NCBI GenBank assembly: GCA_000002445.1
Contig: CP000071.1
Location: 416,001 to 480,000 of the forward strand
DNA from: Trypanosoma brucei
Taxonomy: Eukaryota
DNA: 64,000 bases
Direction of reading: 5' to 3'
Below the pieces are notes generated by a model, which saw only the letters and a list, made by a program, of their open reading frames with translations, was not told where the DNA came from and searched no databases. Shown in pieces: positions 34,001-45,940 of the stretch (position 1 is the stretch's first letter; the number at the start of each line of letters is the position of its first letter). Position numbers and translations under genes: made by a program.

Positions 34001-37000
34001 CGTACTGCCTTTTGACTGGGAAAGTCGGTGTTTGGAGTGTGCTGCCGTACTTTGGACGGTGGGGATTCTACTGTCCCGCGGCTTAACAAAAAAAAAAATC
34101 GTACGGTGGCACAGTCCCTGCCCACTACGGTGGATTTATGCGGTCATTACAGGGCAAAGGGTTTCTGGTTTGGATGCAGCGTGTCGCCGCTGTGTGCGCG
34201 TCGCAAACCTACTAAACGTTGTCACTTCAGCGCTACACAACGCGTAAGCCAACGCACGCAGGAAACACTTCTCATCATCTCCACTGTGTTTCCGCGGTCC
34301 TTTGCTTACCTTAGAGGGCGTGTCACGGTAGAATTTGTTGATGTGGTTCGCAATCTAATGAACTTGTCAAAAATGCTTAGCGGGGGCTGTTTTAGGGTTT
34401 GAGACAGGGGGTCAGGTGCGGTTTTAAGTTCTGTATCGTATCTTAATCGGCGTGGCATCCCGCTCTGACCTCTGTTCCGCATCCATTTCATGCGTTTCGC
34501 CTCATCTTCTTTAGCGGCGCACGCCTCCCTGGTATTGTCATGCAGGTGCCTTATTCCGCCCTGTGCGTCCCCGCCCCAAAAACGGAGCATAGCGCTATTG
34601 GCGCCTCTCTTGAAATGGCTTATCGACTCTTCGAAGCTTCCACCCATGTGAACCTGTTATCTCTTGCAACAATGCGGGTGCGCACACCTCCCCTCAAACT
34701 CAGCAGCATACCTTCTGTGGTGGGTTTCCGGCTCCAAGTTATTTCCGCAGAGTATGTGTGTGTTTAGTTGCATCAAGTGCGCCTTGTGTCGTCGTTTTGC
34801 CGGGGCGATGGTGTCGACCATTCACCCCACGTCCAGCTGCAGTTTTCTTTGGAGACTCACTCTTCGGTACGCAGCACGAGTTACATGCAAACGGCGAACA
34901 GACACAGGCGCGTAGCGTTCGAACGCGAAGGGGATCACTCATGTCCACTGCGCCAGGACCTGTCCCCTACGTCTCGAGAAATGAGCAAAAATCGACGAAG
35001 AGAAAGGCTTTTTGTTTGTGGTGCTTTCCTGCGCGTACGAAGCTACTCACTTTGGGAAGCCCACGTAGTATGACAACGCTGTCTTTCCGGTGCCTAAACG
35101 TCGTCGCTCAAGTCCCCTGATGGACGTTACCATCGCAATGCTAAGTGTGGCTGGTATATCTTAGTTAACTCTTCCTTCGGATGAAACTGCAGCCAGCTCC
35201 TCTTTTCGCATCATATGCGCTTCACCCCACAATATCGCACCATGCCACCGGGGTTTCATGGGAGAAATGACGTGGAATGGCAGATTGGGTGAAGGGTCAG
35301 GAAGGCATGACTCTTTCTGTGGCGGCGTATAGTGTTGATGTTTGGAAAGTTCTGCATGATCAGTCGATATCCTATACCCAGGTGCTGTGGGCGCAACGAA
35401 TGCCAGGGGCGATGGAGAGTGGAAATATCAGTTTGTGTTCACCGCCGTGCTCTTCCTCTGAGAGAAGGTGCCACAAAGCGCAGATCATCAATACTTCAAC
35501 GAAGAGAAGATAAGCTCAGTTTGAAGCGGCCGCCGAGTGTCGGCCGAGTGGTGATATCAAAATATCCCCCTACCCCACACTCCCTGCTTTCTTGGTGATT
35601 TAGCTCCGCAGCCACTCCGCCGAAACCTAATTCCGGTGGAGCGGAACGTTGACAGTTTGCCTCCCGTACCCAAAGGACTGCGAGACCTGGACACAACACT
35701 GAGGCGATAGGCATCGCCAGGAGAAAAGGCATTTGTCTTAGTTATCACTGCGTTTGGTTGGGGAAAGGGCGTGTTCCCAGTGCGGTGCTACCCAAGGCAC
35801 TTTTGTAGAACGCTGCTCATCGTTTGCTGTGCTTATCAAACCCGCCCCCTTACAAGCGAATGCCCACCAATCGGAGCCAGGGGCTGCAGGATCTCAAACC
35901 ACGTCGGCCGAAAGGTGGGGAACGCATTTCAAGGGATCACGACGCCGTTCGCTTGGAGACTTGTAACAGCGGGGGTTCAATGCCAAAAAGTTGCTCAGCG
36001 ATGCCTTTCTTAACCGACCGGAACGTCACAGAACATGAAACAGCGGCAGCGGCGCGTAGTGGTTGGCGAATAATAATAACCCCACCCCATTTTTAACATC
36101 TTTAGCAGTCCTCTCTGGGGCTATGGCTGCCAGGCGCCAACGATTTCACTATGAAGAACGGTTGTGAGGCTCGAAGTTAGTGTTTGTGAGTGTTTGAACC
36201 TCTTCGGCACGCTTCCGCACCCGGGATGAGGCAGAATAACCAGTGTGCCCACGGTGACAAAATGGCGGGACGTCGGCACAAGAGGCGGTTAAGGGATGCC
36301 AAATCGCCTGTCAAAACTAGTCGTTTTTTTTAAACCAAGGGTGCATCTCACTGAGGCCGACCAAGTGGCAGTGACGAGCCCCTTTACGAAGGCGCATTTA
36401 CCACAATGGTCCCTAAAAGAGGGCGCTAGCACACCCAAATACCAGCACCACCGAACTATAAGGCATCGATCAAACACTTTTTTGGCTGGTGGGAGCTTCT
36501 TGCCATCGACAGCTACGCCCCAGCCCACAAAGGTTTTTAAGGTAAATCCAGAAACGTTGGAAACGGGTACATTGTGCGAAGTACACGAGGAGGTCGTGCA
36601 CGCAGCCGTCGCACCGCGAGAGTTAAGGGCCTCACCTACAGATGGAGGACGACAAAAACAAACTTGCGGGAACCGGCTTTCCCAGATCGTCACAGTACGC
36701 GGGGCACGGAAAGCGAGTGCGCCGGAATGTCGGATGATGTTCAACCAGTGACCTCTCATCCACTTTGTGGAGCCCATTTGTCAGCGGCTTTATTGCCCAA
36801 CCGACCACACAACACCAATCCAAGGGTGGCACCTCCTTGCCCACTTCCGAGATGAAGACTACCACTTATAACAACGACCCTTTCCCTAAACCACCCTTGG
36901 TTTCCCAACACACGCACCTCCGAGGACATAAGCTAGGAAAATACAACCACCAATGTGCCGCACCCGGCAATACCACGGCATACCTACAAATATTCCAAGA

Positions 37001-38109
37001 CCTTCTGCATATCTGAACGAATAGCTGCCAGGTTGGACGCCCCAAAGGGCGGAAGTGCATCACACCACGAGGCACGCAACCTCTCGACACCAGTGCTGAA
37101 AAGCACAACCCTGTTGCCGGCACTTGCAAACCAACTGGTGTCACCACAAGCACTTCGACGAGCTGGTTTAAAAAAATCCGGCCAGCCGTCCGACAACACC
37201 TTTAAACATGAAGGGGGACGTCATGCCGCATCCATCAGTTAGAACATTTAGACAAAACATTGGGTTATTTGTTAAAAATAGATCCACAACAGCATAGTTA
37301 AAGTATAAACAAAAGATCGCCAAATACAGATTTTGGAGGGAAAACTTCGCGATGCACAAACATCAGAAACAACAGAGCTCCACACACACTCTTCAAACCA
37401 CTTCACAGTCAGCGCACCAGCGTCACATCGCAACCGTCACCCCTCCAATTGGGCATAACCCCGCTACAAACAACAATAAATTACCAGCCGCACGCGTACA
37501 AGATAAAACAACGACAACGATCACATATCACGCACTTCGACCGATCCCCACAAATCCGAAAAAAAAAAAATTACCTAAGCATATTCATTTAAAAACATGC
37601 AACAAAGAAACAAGTAAAATAAAACAATCACACAAGAGATCGCCCAATAACAGAAAAAAACGAAAATAATAATTCGATAACATCATTTAAATATCAAAAC
37701 AAAAAGGAAAAATAAACAAATAATTCAAAAGAATAATATATATAACAATTCCGATGCACATCTATTATTCCATACAAAAGGGTAGGAAAGCAAGTTATGA
37801 AGTTTCCCTGCCTCCTTCCCCATTTTTCCCTCCTTCCTTGCTGTCGTGTTGTCAGCCCTGTGCGCAAAAATTACCGTTATTGTATATGAGATCGGCCATG
37901 GTGGTAGCAACTTTTTCTGGGAGTATGGTCAGTGTGTGTTTCCTCTTGTATTTGCTTGTGTTTATGCGTGTGTGTGTTTGTGCTGGTGCCGAAGGGAGAG
38001 AAGGGGAACTTTTAACGGCAACCAGACAGTGAAGAAACTTAGAAACGGACGATTGGCATAGATTTAACACAAGTTGAATGACGGCTGCAGCTCTAGGAAA
38101 AAAGTTTGG

Positions 38110-38229
38110 GAGAGTACAACACCCCGGGTTCCAGCGCCATCACTGATCGCCGTACTAACGAGGCCTGTGGCCGCTTAACTTCACAAATCGGACGGGATAT
38201 GGTGCATTCGGCCAAGTATGGTCGTACCC
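38110..38229 (-). rRNA. 5S: 5S ribosomal RNA, copy 1
   Basis: The reverse complement reads GGGTACGACCATACTTGGCCGAATGCACCATATCCCGTCCGATTTGTGAAGTTAAGCGGCCACAGGCCTCGTTAGTACGGCGATCAGTGATGGCGCTGGAACCCGGGGTGTTGTACTCTC. This carries the conserved 5S blocks (CCATAC, CCGTCCGAT…GAAGTTAAGC, GGCCTCGTTAGTAC…) and matches the trypanosome 5S as I recall it. It is followed on the minus strand by TTTTTT (plus 38097-38102), a pol III terminator. Confidence 0.9.
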
Positions 38230-38844
38230 GACGTCCGGTAAACCGAATGCGTGCATTTATTCCGATACCCGTCAAACTTGTTCATGAGGGATTTGAAGTG
38301 TAGGAGACGCGAAAAAAAAAAAAAGAAAAGAAGAAAAGCACCTTTCTTACCACTCCATACCATCCCCCCTCCAGTACCTACAGACACCATTTCCATCACA
38401 CTACACGACACTAAAAAGTGGAAGAAAACATAACTTTCCTCTGAGTCCGGAGGGGGGGGGGTTGGGGGCGGATGAAACAGCCGTTCCGATGCACATCTAT
38501 TATTCCATACAAAAGGGTAGGAAAGCAAGTTATGAAGTTTCCCTGCCTCCTTCCCCATTTTTCCCTCCTTCCTTGCTGTCGTGTTGTCAGCCCTGTGCGC
38601 AAAAATTACCGTTATTGTATATGAGATCGGCCATGGTGGTAGCAACTTTTTCTGGGAGTATGGTCAGTGTGTGTTTCCTCTTGTATTTGCTTGTGTTTAT
38701 GCGTGTGTGTGTTTGTGCTGGTGCCGAAGGGAGAGAAGGGGAACTTTTAACGGCAACCAGACAGTGAAGAAACTTAGAAACGGACGATTGGCATAGATTT
38801 AACACAAGTTGAATGACGGCTGCAGCTCTAGGAAAAAAGTTTGG

Positions 38845-38964
38845 GAGAGTACAACACCCCGGGTTCCAGCGCCATCACTGATCGCCGTACTAACGAGGCC
38901 TGTGGCCGCTTAACTTCACAAATCGGACGGGATATGGTGCATTCGGCCAAGTATGGTCGTACCC
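38845..38964 (-). rRNA. 5S: 5S ribosomal RNA, copy 2
   Basis: Identical to copy 1 at a +735 offset; the landmark 'agagtacaac' is verified at 38846-38855. Confidence 0.9.
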
Positions 38965-39580
38965 GACGTCCGGTAAACCGAATGCGTGCATTTATTCCGA
39001 TACCCGTCAAACTTGTTCATGAGGGATTTGAAGTGTAGGAGACGCGAAAAAAAAAAAAAAGAAAAGAAGAAAAGCACCTTTCTTACCACTCCATACCATC
39101 CCCCCTCCAGTACCTACAGACACCATTTCCATCACACTACACGACACTAAAAAGTGGAAGAAAACATAACTTTCCTCTGAGTCCGGAGGGGGGGGGGTTG
39201 GGGGCGGATGAAACAGCCGTTCCGATGCACATCTATTATTCCATACAAAAGGGTAGGAAAGCAAGTTATGAAGTTTCCCTGCCTCCTTCCCCATTTTTCC
39301 CTCCTTCCTTGCTGTCGTGTTGTCAGCCCTGTGCGCAAAAATTACCGTTATTGTATATGAGATCGGCCATGGTGGTAGCAACTTTTTCTGGGAGTATGGT
39401 CAGTGTGTGTTTCCTCTTGTATTTGCTTGTGTTTATGCGTGTGTGTGTTTGTGCTGGTGCCGAAGGGAGAGAAGGGGAACTTTTAACGGCAACCAGACAG
39501 TGAAGAAACTTAGAAACGGACGATTGGCATAGATTTAACACAAGTTGAATGACGGCTGCAGCTCTAGGAAAAAAGTTTGG

Positions 39581-39700
39581 GAGAGTACAACACCCCGGGT
39601 TCCAGCGCCATCACTGATCGCCGTACTAACGAGGCCTGTGGCCGCTTAACTTCACAAATCGGACGGGATATGGTGCATTCGGCCAAGTATGGTCGTACCC
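39581..39700 (-). rRNA. 5S: 5S ribosomal RNA, copy 3
   Basis: Identical at a +1471 offset; the landmark is verified at 39582-39591. Confidence 0.9.
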
Positions 39701-40316
39701 GACGTCCGGTAAACCGAATGCGTGCATTTATTCCGATACCCGTCAAACTTGTTCATGAGGGATTTGAAGTGTAGGAGACGCGAAAAAAAAAAAAAAGAAA
39801 AGAAGAAAAGCACCTTTCTTACCACTCCATACCATCCCCCCTCCAGTACCTACAGACACCATTTCCATCACACTACACGACACTAAAAAGTGGAAGAAAA
39901 CATAACTTTCCTCTGAGTCCGGAGGGGGGGGGGTTGGGGGCGGATGAAACAGCCGTTCCGATGCACATCTATTATTCCATACAAAAGGGTAGGAAAGCAA
40001 GTTATGAAGTTTCCCTGCCTCCTTCCCCATTTTTCCCTCCTTCCTTGCTGTCGTGTTGTCAGCCCTGTGCGCAAAAATTACCGTTATTGTATATGAGATC
40101 GGCCATGGTGGTAGCAACTTTTTCTGGGAGTATGGTCAGTGTGTGTTTCCTCTTGTATTTGCTTGTGTTTATGCGTGTGTGTGTTTGTGCTGGTGCCGAA
40201 GGGAGAGAAGGGGAACTTTTAACGGCAACCAGACAGTGAAGAAACTTAGAAACGGACGATTGGCATAGATTTAACACAAGTTGAATGACGGCTGCAGCTC
40301 TAGGAAAAAAGTTTGG

Positions 40317-40436
40317 GAGAGTACAACACCCCGGGTTCCAGCGCCATCACTGATCGCCGTACTAACGAGGCCTGTGGCCGCTTAACTTCACAAATCGGAC
40401 GGGATATGGTGCATTCGGCCAAGTATGGTCGTACCC
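40317..40436 (-). rRNA. 5S: 5S ribosomal RNA, copy 4
   Basis: The repeat offset of +2207 is inferred from the track-ORF periodicity. Confidence 0.85.
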
Positions 40437-41052
40437 GACGTCCGGTAAACCGAATGCGTGCATTTATTCCGATACCCGTCAAACTTGTTCATGAGGGATT
40501 TGAAGTGTAGGAGACGCGAAAAAAAAAAAAAGAAAAGAAGAAAAGCACCTTTCTTACCACTCCATACCATCCCCCCTCCAGTACCTACAGACACCATTTC
40601 CATCACACTACACGACACTAAAAAGTGGAAGAAAACATAACTTTCCTCTGAGTCCGGAGGGGGGGGGGGTTGGGGGCGGATGAAACAGCCGTTCCGATGC
40701 ACATCTATTATTCCATACAAAAGGGTAGGAAAGCAAGTTATGAAGTTTCCCTGCCTCCTTCCCCATTTTTCCCTCCTTCCTTGCTGTCGTGTTGTCAGCC
40801 CTGTGCGCAAAAATTACCGTTATTGTATATGAGATCGGCCATGGTGGTAGCAACTTTTTCTGGGAGTATGGTCAGTGTGTGTTTCCTCTTGTATTTGCTT
40901 GTGTTTATGCGTGTGTGTGTTTGTGCTGGTGCCGAAGGGAGAGAAGGGGAACTTTTAACGGCAACCAGACAGTGAAGAAACTTAGAAACGGACGATTGGC
41001 ATAGATTTAACACAAGTTGAATGACGGCTGCAGCTCTAGGAAAAAAGTTTGG

Positions 41053-41172
41053 GAGAGTACAACACCCCGGGTTCCAGCGCCATCACTGATCGCCGTACTA
41101 ACGAGGCCTGTGGCCGCTTAACTTCACAAATCGGACGGGATATGGTGCATTCGGCCAAGTATGGTCGTACCC
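41053..41172 (-). rRNA. 5S: 5S ribosomal RNA, copy 5
   Basis: Repeat offset +2943. Confidence 0.85.
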
Positions 41173-41788
41173 GACGTCCGGTAAACCGAATGCGTGCATT
41201 TATTCCGATACCCGTCAAACTTGTTCATGAGGGATTTGAAGTGTAGGAGACGCGAAAAAAAAAAAAAGAAAAGAAGAAAAGCACCTTTCTTACCACTCCA
41301 TACCATCCCCCCTCCAGTACCTACAGACACCATTTCCATCACACTACACGACACTAAAAAGTGGAAGAAAACATAACTTTCCTCTGAGTCCGGAGGGGGG
41401 GGGGGTTGGGGGCGGATGAAACAGCCGTTCCGATGCACATCTATTATTCCATACAAAAGGGTAGGAAAGCAAGTTATGAAGTTTCCCTGCCTCCTTCCCC
41501 ATTTTTCCCTCCTTCCTTGCTGTCGTGTTGTCAGCCCTGTGCGCAAAAATTACCGTTATTGTATATGAGATCGGCCATGGTGGTAGCAACTTTTTCTGGG
41601 AGTATGGTCAGTGTGTGTTTCCTCTTGTATTTGCTTGTGTTTATGCGTGTGTGTGTTTGTGCTGGTGCCGAAGGGAGAGAAGGGGAACTTTTAACGGCAA
41701 CCAGACAGTGAAGAAACTTAGAAACGGACGATTGGCATAGATTTAACACAAGTTGAATGACGGCTGCAGCTCTAGGAAAAAAGTTTGG

Positions 41789-41908
41789 GAGAGTACAACA
41801 CCCCGGGTTCCAGCGCCATCACTGATCGCCGTACTAACGAGGCCTGTGGCCGCTTAACTTCACAAATCGGACGGGATATGGTGCATTCGGCCAAGTATGG
41901 TCGTACCC
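41789..41908 (-). rRNA. 5S: 5S ribosomal RNA, copy 6
   Basis: Repeat offset +3679. Confidence 0.85.
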
Positions 41909-42524
41909 GACGTCCGGTAAACCGAATGCGTGCATTTATTCCGATACCCGTCAAACTTGTTCATGAGGGATTTGAAGTGTAGGAGACGCGAAAAAAAAAA
42001 AAAGAAAAGAAGAAAAGCACCTTTCTTACCACTCCATACCATCCCCCCTCCAGTACCTACAGACACCATTTCCATCACACTACACGACACTAAAAAGTGG
42101 AAGAAAACATAACTTTCCTCTGAGTCCGGAGGGGGGGGGGGTTGGGGGCGGATGAAACAGCCGTTCCGATGCACATCTATTATTCCATACAAAAGGGTAG
42201 GAAAGCAAGTTATGAAGTTTCCCTGCCTCCTTCCCCATTTTTCCCTCCTTCCTTGCTGTCGTGTTGTCAGCCCTGTGCGCAAAAATTACCGTTATTGTAT
42301 ATGAGATCGGCCATGGTGGTAGCAACTTTTTCTGGGAGTATGGTCAGTGTGTGTTTCCTCTTGTATTTGCTTGTGTTTATGCGTGTGTGTGTTTGTGCTG
42401 GTGCCGAAGGGAGAGAAGGGGAACTTTTAACGGCAACCAGACAGTGAAGAAACTTAGAAACGGACGATTGGCATAGATTTAACACAAGTTGAATGACGGC
42501 TGCAGCTCTAGGAAAAAAGTTTGG

Positions 42525-42644
42525 GAGAGTACAACACCCCGGGTTCCAGCGCCATCACTGATCGCCGTACTAACGAGGCCTGTGGCCGCTTAACTTCACA
42601 AATCGGACGGGATATGGTGCATTCGGCCAAGTATGGTCGTACCC
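42525..42644 (-). rRNA. 5S: 5S ribosomal RNA, copy 7
   Basis: Repeat offset +4415. Confidence 0.85.
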
Positions 42645-43259
42645 GACGTCCGGTAAACCGAATGCGTGCATTTATTCCGATACCCGTCAAACTTGTTCAT
42701 GAGGGATTTGAAGTGTAGGAGACGCGAAAAAAAAAAAAAGAAAAGAAGAAAAGCACCTTTCTTACCACTCCATACCATCCCCCCTCCAGTACCTACAGAC
42801 ACCATTTCCATCACACTACACGACACTAAAAAGTGGAAGAAAACATAACTTTCCTCTGAGTCCGGAGGGGGGGGGGTTGGGGGCGGATGAAACAGCCGTT
42901 CCGATGCACATCTATTATTCCATACAAAAGGGTAGGAAAGCAAGTTATGAAGTTTCCCTGCCTCCTTCCCCATTTTTCCCTCCTTCCTTNCTGTCGTGTT
43001 GTCAGCCCTGTGCGCAAAAATTACCGTTATTGTATATGAGATCGGCCATGGTGGTAGCAACTTTTTCTGGGAGTATGGTCAGTGTGTGTTTCCTCTTGTA
43101 TTTGCTTGTGTTTATGCGTGTGTGTGTTTGTGCTGGTGCCGAAGGGAGAGAAGGGGAACTTTTAACGGCAACCAGACAGTGAAGAAACTTAGAAACGGAC
43201 GATTGGCATAGATTTAACACAAGTTGAATGACGGCTGCAGCTCTAGGAAAAAAGTTTGG

Positions 43260-43379
43260 GAGAGTACAACACCCCGGGTTCCAGCGCCATCACTGATCGC
43301 CGTACTAACGAGGCCTGTGGCCGCTTAACTTCACAAATCGGACGGGATATGGTGCATTCGGCCAAGTATGGTCGTACCC
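43260..43379 (-). rRNA. 5S: 5S ribosomal RNA, copy 8
   Basis: Repeat offset +5150; the landmark 'agagtacaac' is verified at 43261-43270. Confidence 0.9.
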
Positions 43380-43987
43380 GACGTCCGGTAAACCGAATGC
43401 GTGCATTTATTCCGATACCCGTCAAACTTGTTCATGAGGGATTTGAAGTGTAGGAGACGCGAAAAAAAAAAAAAGAAAAGAAGAAAAGCACCTTTCTTAC
43501 CACTCCATACCATCCCCCCTCCAGTACATACAGACACCATTTCCATCACACTACACGACACTAAAAAGTGGAAGAAAACATAACTTTCCTCTGAGTCCGG
43601 AGGGGGGGGGTTGGGGGCGGATGAAACAGCCGTTCCGATGCACATCTATTATTCCATACAAAAGGGTAGGAAAGCAAGTTATGAAGTTTCCCTGCCTCCT
43701 TCCCCATTTTTCCCTCCTTCCTTGCTGTCGTGTTGTCAGCCCTGTGCGCAAAAATTACCGTTATTGTATATGAGATCGGCCATGGTGGTAGCAACTTTTT
43801 CTGGGAGTATGGTCAGTGTGTGTTTCCTCTTGTATTTGCTTGTGTTTATGCGTGTGTGTGTTTGTGCTGGTGCCGAAGGGAGAGAAGGGGAACTTTTNAC
43901 GGCAACCAGACAGTGAAGAAACTTAGAAACGGACGATTGGCATAGATTTAACACAAGTTGAATGACGGCTGCAGCTCTAGGAAAAAA

Positions 43988-44047
43988 NNNNNNNNNNNNN
44001 NNNNNNNNNNNNNNNNNNNNNNNNNNNNNNNNNNNNNNNNNNNNNNN
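43988..44047. other. Assembly gap (60 N) inside the 5S array
   Basis: A run of N. The expected position of the next 5S copy (about 43996-44115) falls inside it. Single N calls also occur at 42990 and 43898. Confidence 0.95.
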
Positions 44048-44409
44048 GTTCCGATGCACATCTATTATTCCATACAAAAGGGTAGGAAAGCAAGTTATGA
44101 AGTTTCCCTGCCTCCTTCCCCATTTTTCCCTCCTTCCTTGCTGTCGTGTTGTCAGCCCTGTGCGCAAAAATTACCGTTATTGTATATGAGATCGGCCATG
44201 GTGGTAGCAACTTTTTCTGGGAGTATGGTCAGTGTGTGTTTCCTCTTGTATTTGCTTGTGTTTATGCGTGTGTGTGTTTGTGCTGGTGCCGAAGGGAGAG
44301 AAGGGGAACTTTTAACGGCAACCAGACAGTGAAGAAACTTAGAAACGGACGATTGGCATAGATTTAACACAAGTTGAATGACGGCTGCAGCTCTAGGAAA
44401 AAAGTTTGG

Positions 44410-44440
44410 GAGAGTACAACACCCCGGGTTCCAGCGCCAT
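44410..44440 (-). pseudogene. Truncated 5S rRNA fragment (3′ terminal ~31 nt) at the array boundary
   Basis: The sequence 'gagagtacaacaccccgggttccagcgccat' matches the 3′ end of the 5S gene and then diverges abruptly at 44441 ('ctcgcataaagacgg…'). Confidence 0.7.
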
Positions 44441-44466
44441 CTCGCATAAAGACGGAAAGGGATTCT

Positions 44467-44700
44467 CTTCCACATTACCGGAGAGCAGCATCTTATTGCG
44501 GATGATACTGCTGACAGCACGCTGGCACGTGCCCAGGGACCGAAAAATGAAAAACAGTGTCCCAACAAGACGCTGCTGATCCCTGTGCTGTATGATGCCG
44601 TATCCGGAGCAAAGCAGTGTTCCCCATGAAAGGAACGCTGCTGGCTCTTGGCTTCAGCCGATGAAAGTGGGTACTGGACCCTGGCACTCGTTGAGGTTGG
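44467..44700. repeat. Inverted-repeat arm A (~234 bp)
   Basis: The reverse complement of 44467-44700 aligns to 45941-46173, with a ~190 bp core at about 97% identity and about 90% overall. I checked this base by base over the core. Confidence 0.75.
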
Positions 44701-45940
44701 CGGCGTCGGCAGGGTATTCGCGAGCAAAACACCACAGAAGGTGAGGTGGTCGGCAACCTAAAAGGAATCATTACTCAAAGAAAATAACGCCTTGGGGCTG
44801 CCCGATGGACTCGCCCTTTCGGGTCGATGGTTGCGTATGAAAACCGTTTCTCCTTTCATATCGATCCTTTGCTGCGTATGCGGAGCCGAAAACGCCGAGG
44901 GGCCACCCTTGCAACATCCGTCAATTGCGCGCACATATATTACGGCAAATGTCCCACATCCCCGTTATGGATCAGTTTGCACATATTATCGATTCCACAG
45001 CAAATCCTTGGTCGATTAAGGCGTGTTGGCTTTGCATCGCGGCATTATGAATGAGTATTACGTATCCGCGTTGGCAGAAATTAGTGCACGCACAGAGCGT
45101 CTTGGCCAGCAAGCAGCGGTGATAAATTTGGGTCGATGAGTGTTGGACGTGATGGTCTTGCGGCTACAGAAGATTGTGGCGATAAGCGAGATCAAACAAG
45201 CAAGTCCCTTAACTAAAGGTCGGAATGGCTCAGATTATTACTTTTTGCTCGGATTGGAAGGAGTGTGTGGTTTTTGCGTTTGGTGTGGATTACGACAAGT
45301 CGTCTGCTGGAGATCCCGGCACTGATACGGAAGCATTTCTAATGGAACAGGGACAGTGTAGTGCCCCTCGATTGGTTGGTGACACCCAAGACAGCCAAGT
45401 CCAATTCACACCGAGCAAGTCGTTAAGTTCGCATTCGGGGATTAGGACGCTCTCGATATTACGCGACTACTCTCCACTTTGAAGCTCAAGGAACATGTAA
45501 CAACGCTCACAACAACCAAAGTCGAACATATTCTCGCTCCGTGGGAGATGATGACGCACCCCGTTAGGAGAGGAGGCTTTACAGCATGCTGCAGGCACAA
45601 TTTGTGGAAGAGCATGGCATGGATCCTCACATTATTTTCCAACCAATGAAACACATCTATCCGTTCCGCATGCCGAGGAACACTGTCAGCCACTTGGACA
45701 AATGCACCGCCATGTTGACTAATATGTAGAATAGTGTCCCTATGGTGTAAGCCATGTCTTAGACGAAGGATAAGAGCCATGGGAGCCGCCAGGGCGTTGT
45801 CCCTTCAAGACGCACGGTTATACGATAACAAGGAGGGCGCACGCCACACGCCTGTTGAATACGCAGGACAAGGCTTCCATTCCTTTACAGCAAGTGCACG
45901 TCCCGCTGCTGGAGATATATTGAATCCCCTGGCGATGCCG

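Larger units (their letters stand above)
37749..44440 (-). repeat. 5S rRNA gene tandem array, unit about 735-736 bp, at least 9 units with an internal assembly gap
   Basis: Every track ORF in this span recurs at an offset of 735 or 736 bp. Each unit holds a 120-nt 5S gene, a 6-T terminator, a G10-12 tract, an A-rich tract and a GT-rich tract. The first unit starts mid-spacer at 37749. The last unit is cut inside the 5S gene at 44440. A run of 60 N (43988-44047) hides at least one more 5S copy. Confidence 0.95.

Noticed and set aside
33511-34125. 204-aa minus-strand ORF and the 162-aa ORF at 36289-36777 as candidate genes in the gene-free block
   Set aside because: They are Arg/Ser/Cys-rich and low-complexity and are overlapped by comparable ORFs in other frames. 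They fit better as relics of a decayed sequence than as genes.
35520-35610. tRNA-like start ('gcggccgccgagtgtcggccgagtggtgat…'), resembling the GGCCGAGTGGT D-arm of Ser/Leu/Sec tRNAs
   Set aside because: There is no complementary acceptor 3′ strand or T-arm (GGTTCGAATCC-like) within 90 nt, and the segment contains an internal direct repeat (ccgagtg) instead. No cloverleaf could be drawn.
37749-44440. A regularly spaced repeat array that could be mistaken for a CRISPR locus or a family of repeated small protein genes (track ORFs of 60-154 aa recurring every 736 bp on both strands)
   Set aside because: The unit is 736 bp and there are no short 25-40 bp direct repeats with unique spacers. The repeated element is an unmistakable 5S rRNA. 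The recurring ORFs run through poly-G, poly-A and GT-rich spacer and across the rRNA itself, so they are translation artefacts.
44152-44727. 191-aa minus ORF, and its 182-aa plus-strand counterpart at 45734-46282, sharing a 60-aa peptide; possible duplicated protein gene
   Set aside because: The shared part coincides exactly with the inverted-repeat arms. The 191-aa ORF continues into the 5S spacer and the truncated 5S gene. Five of six nucleotide differences between arms are non-synonymous, so there is no sign of coding constraint.
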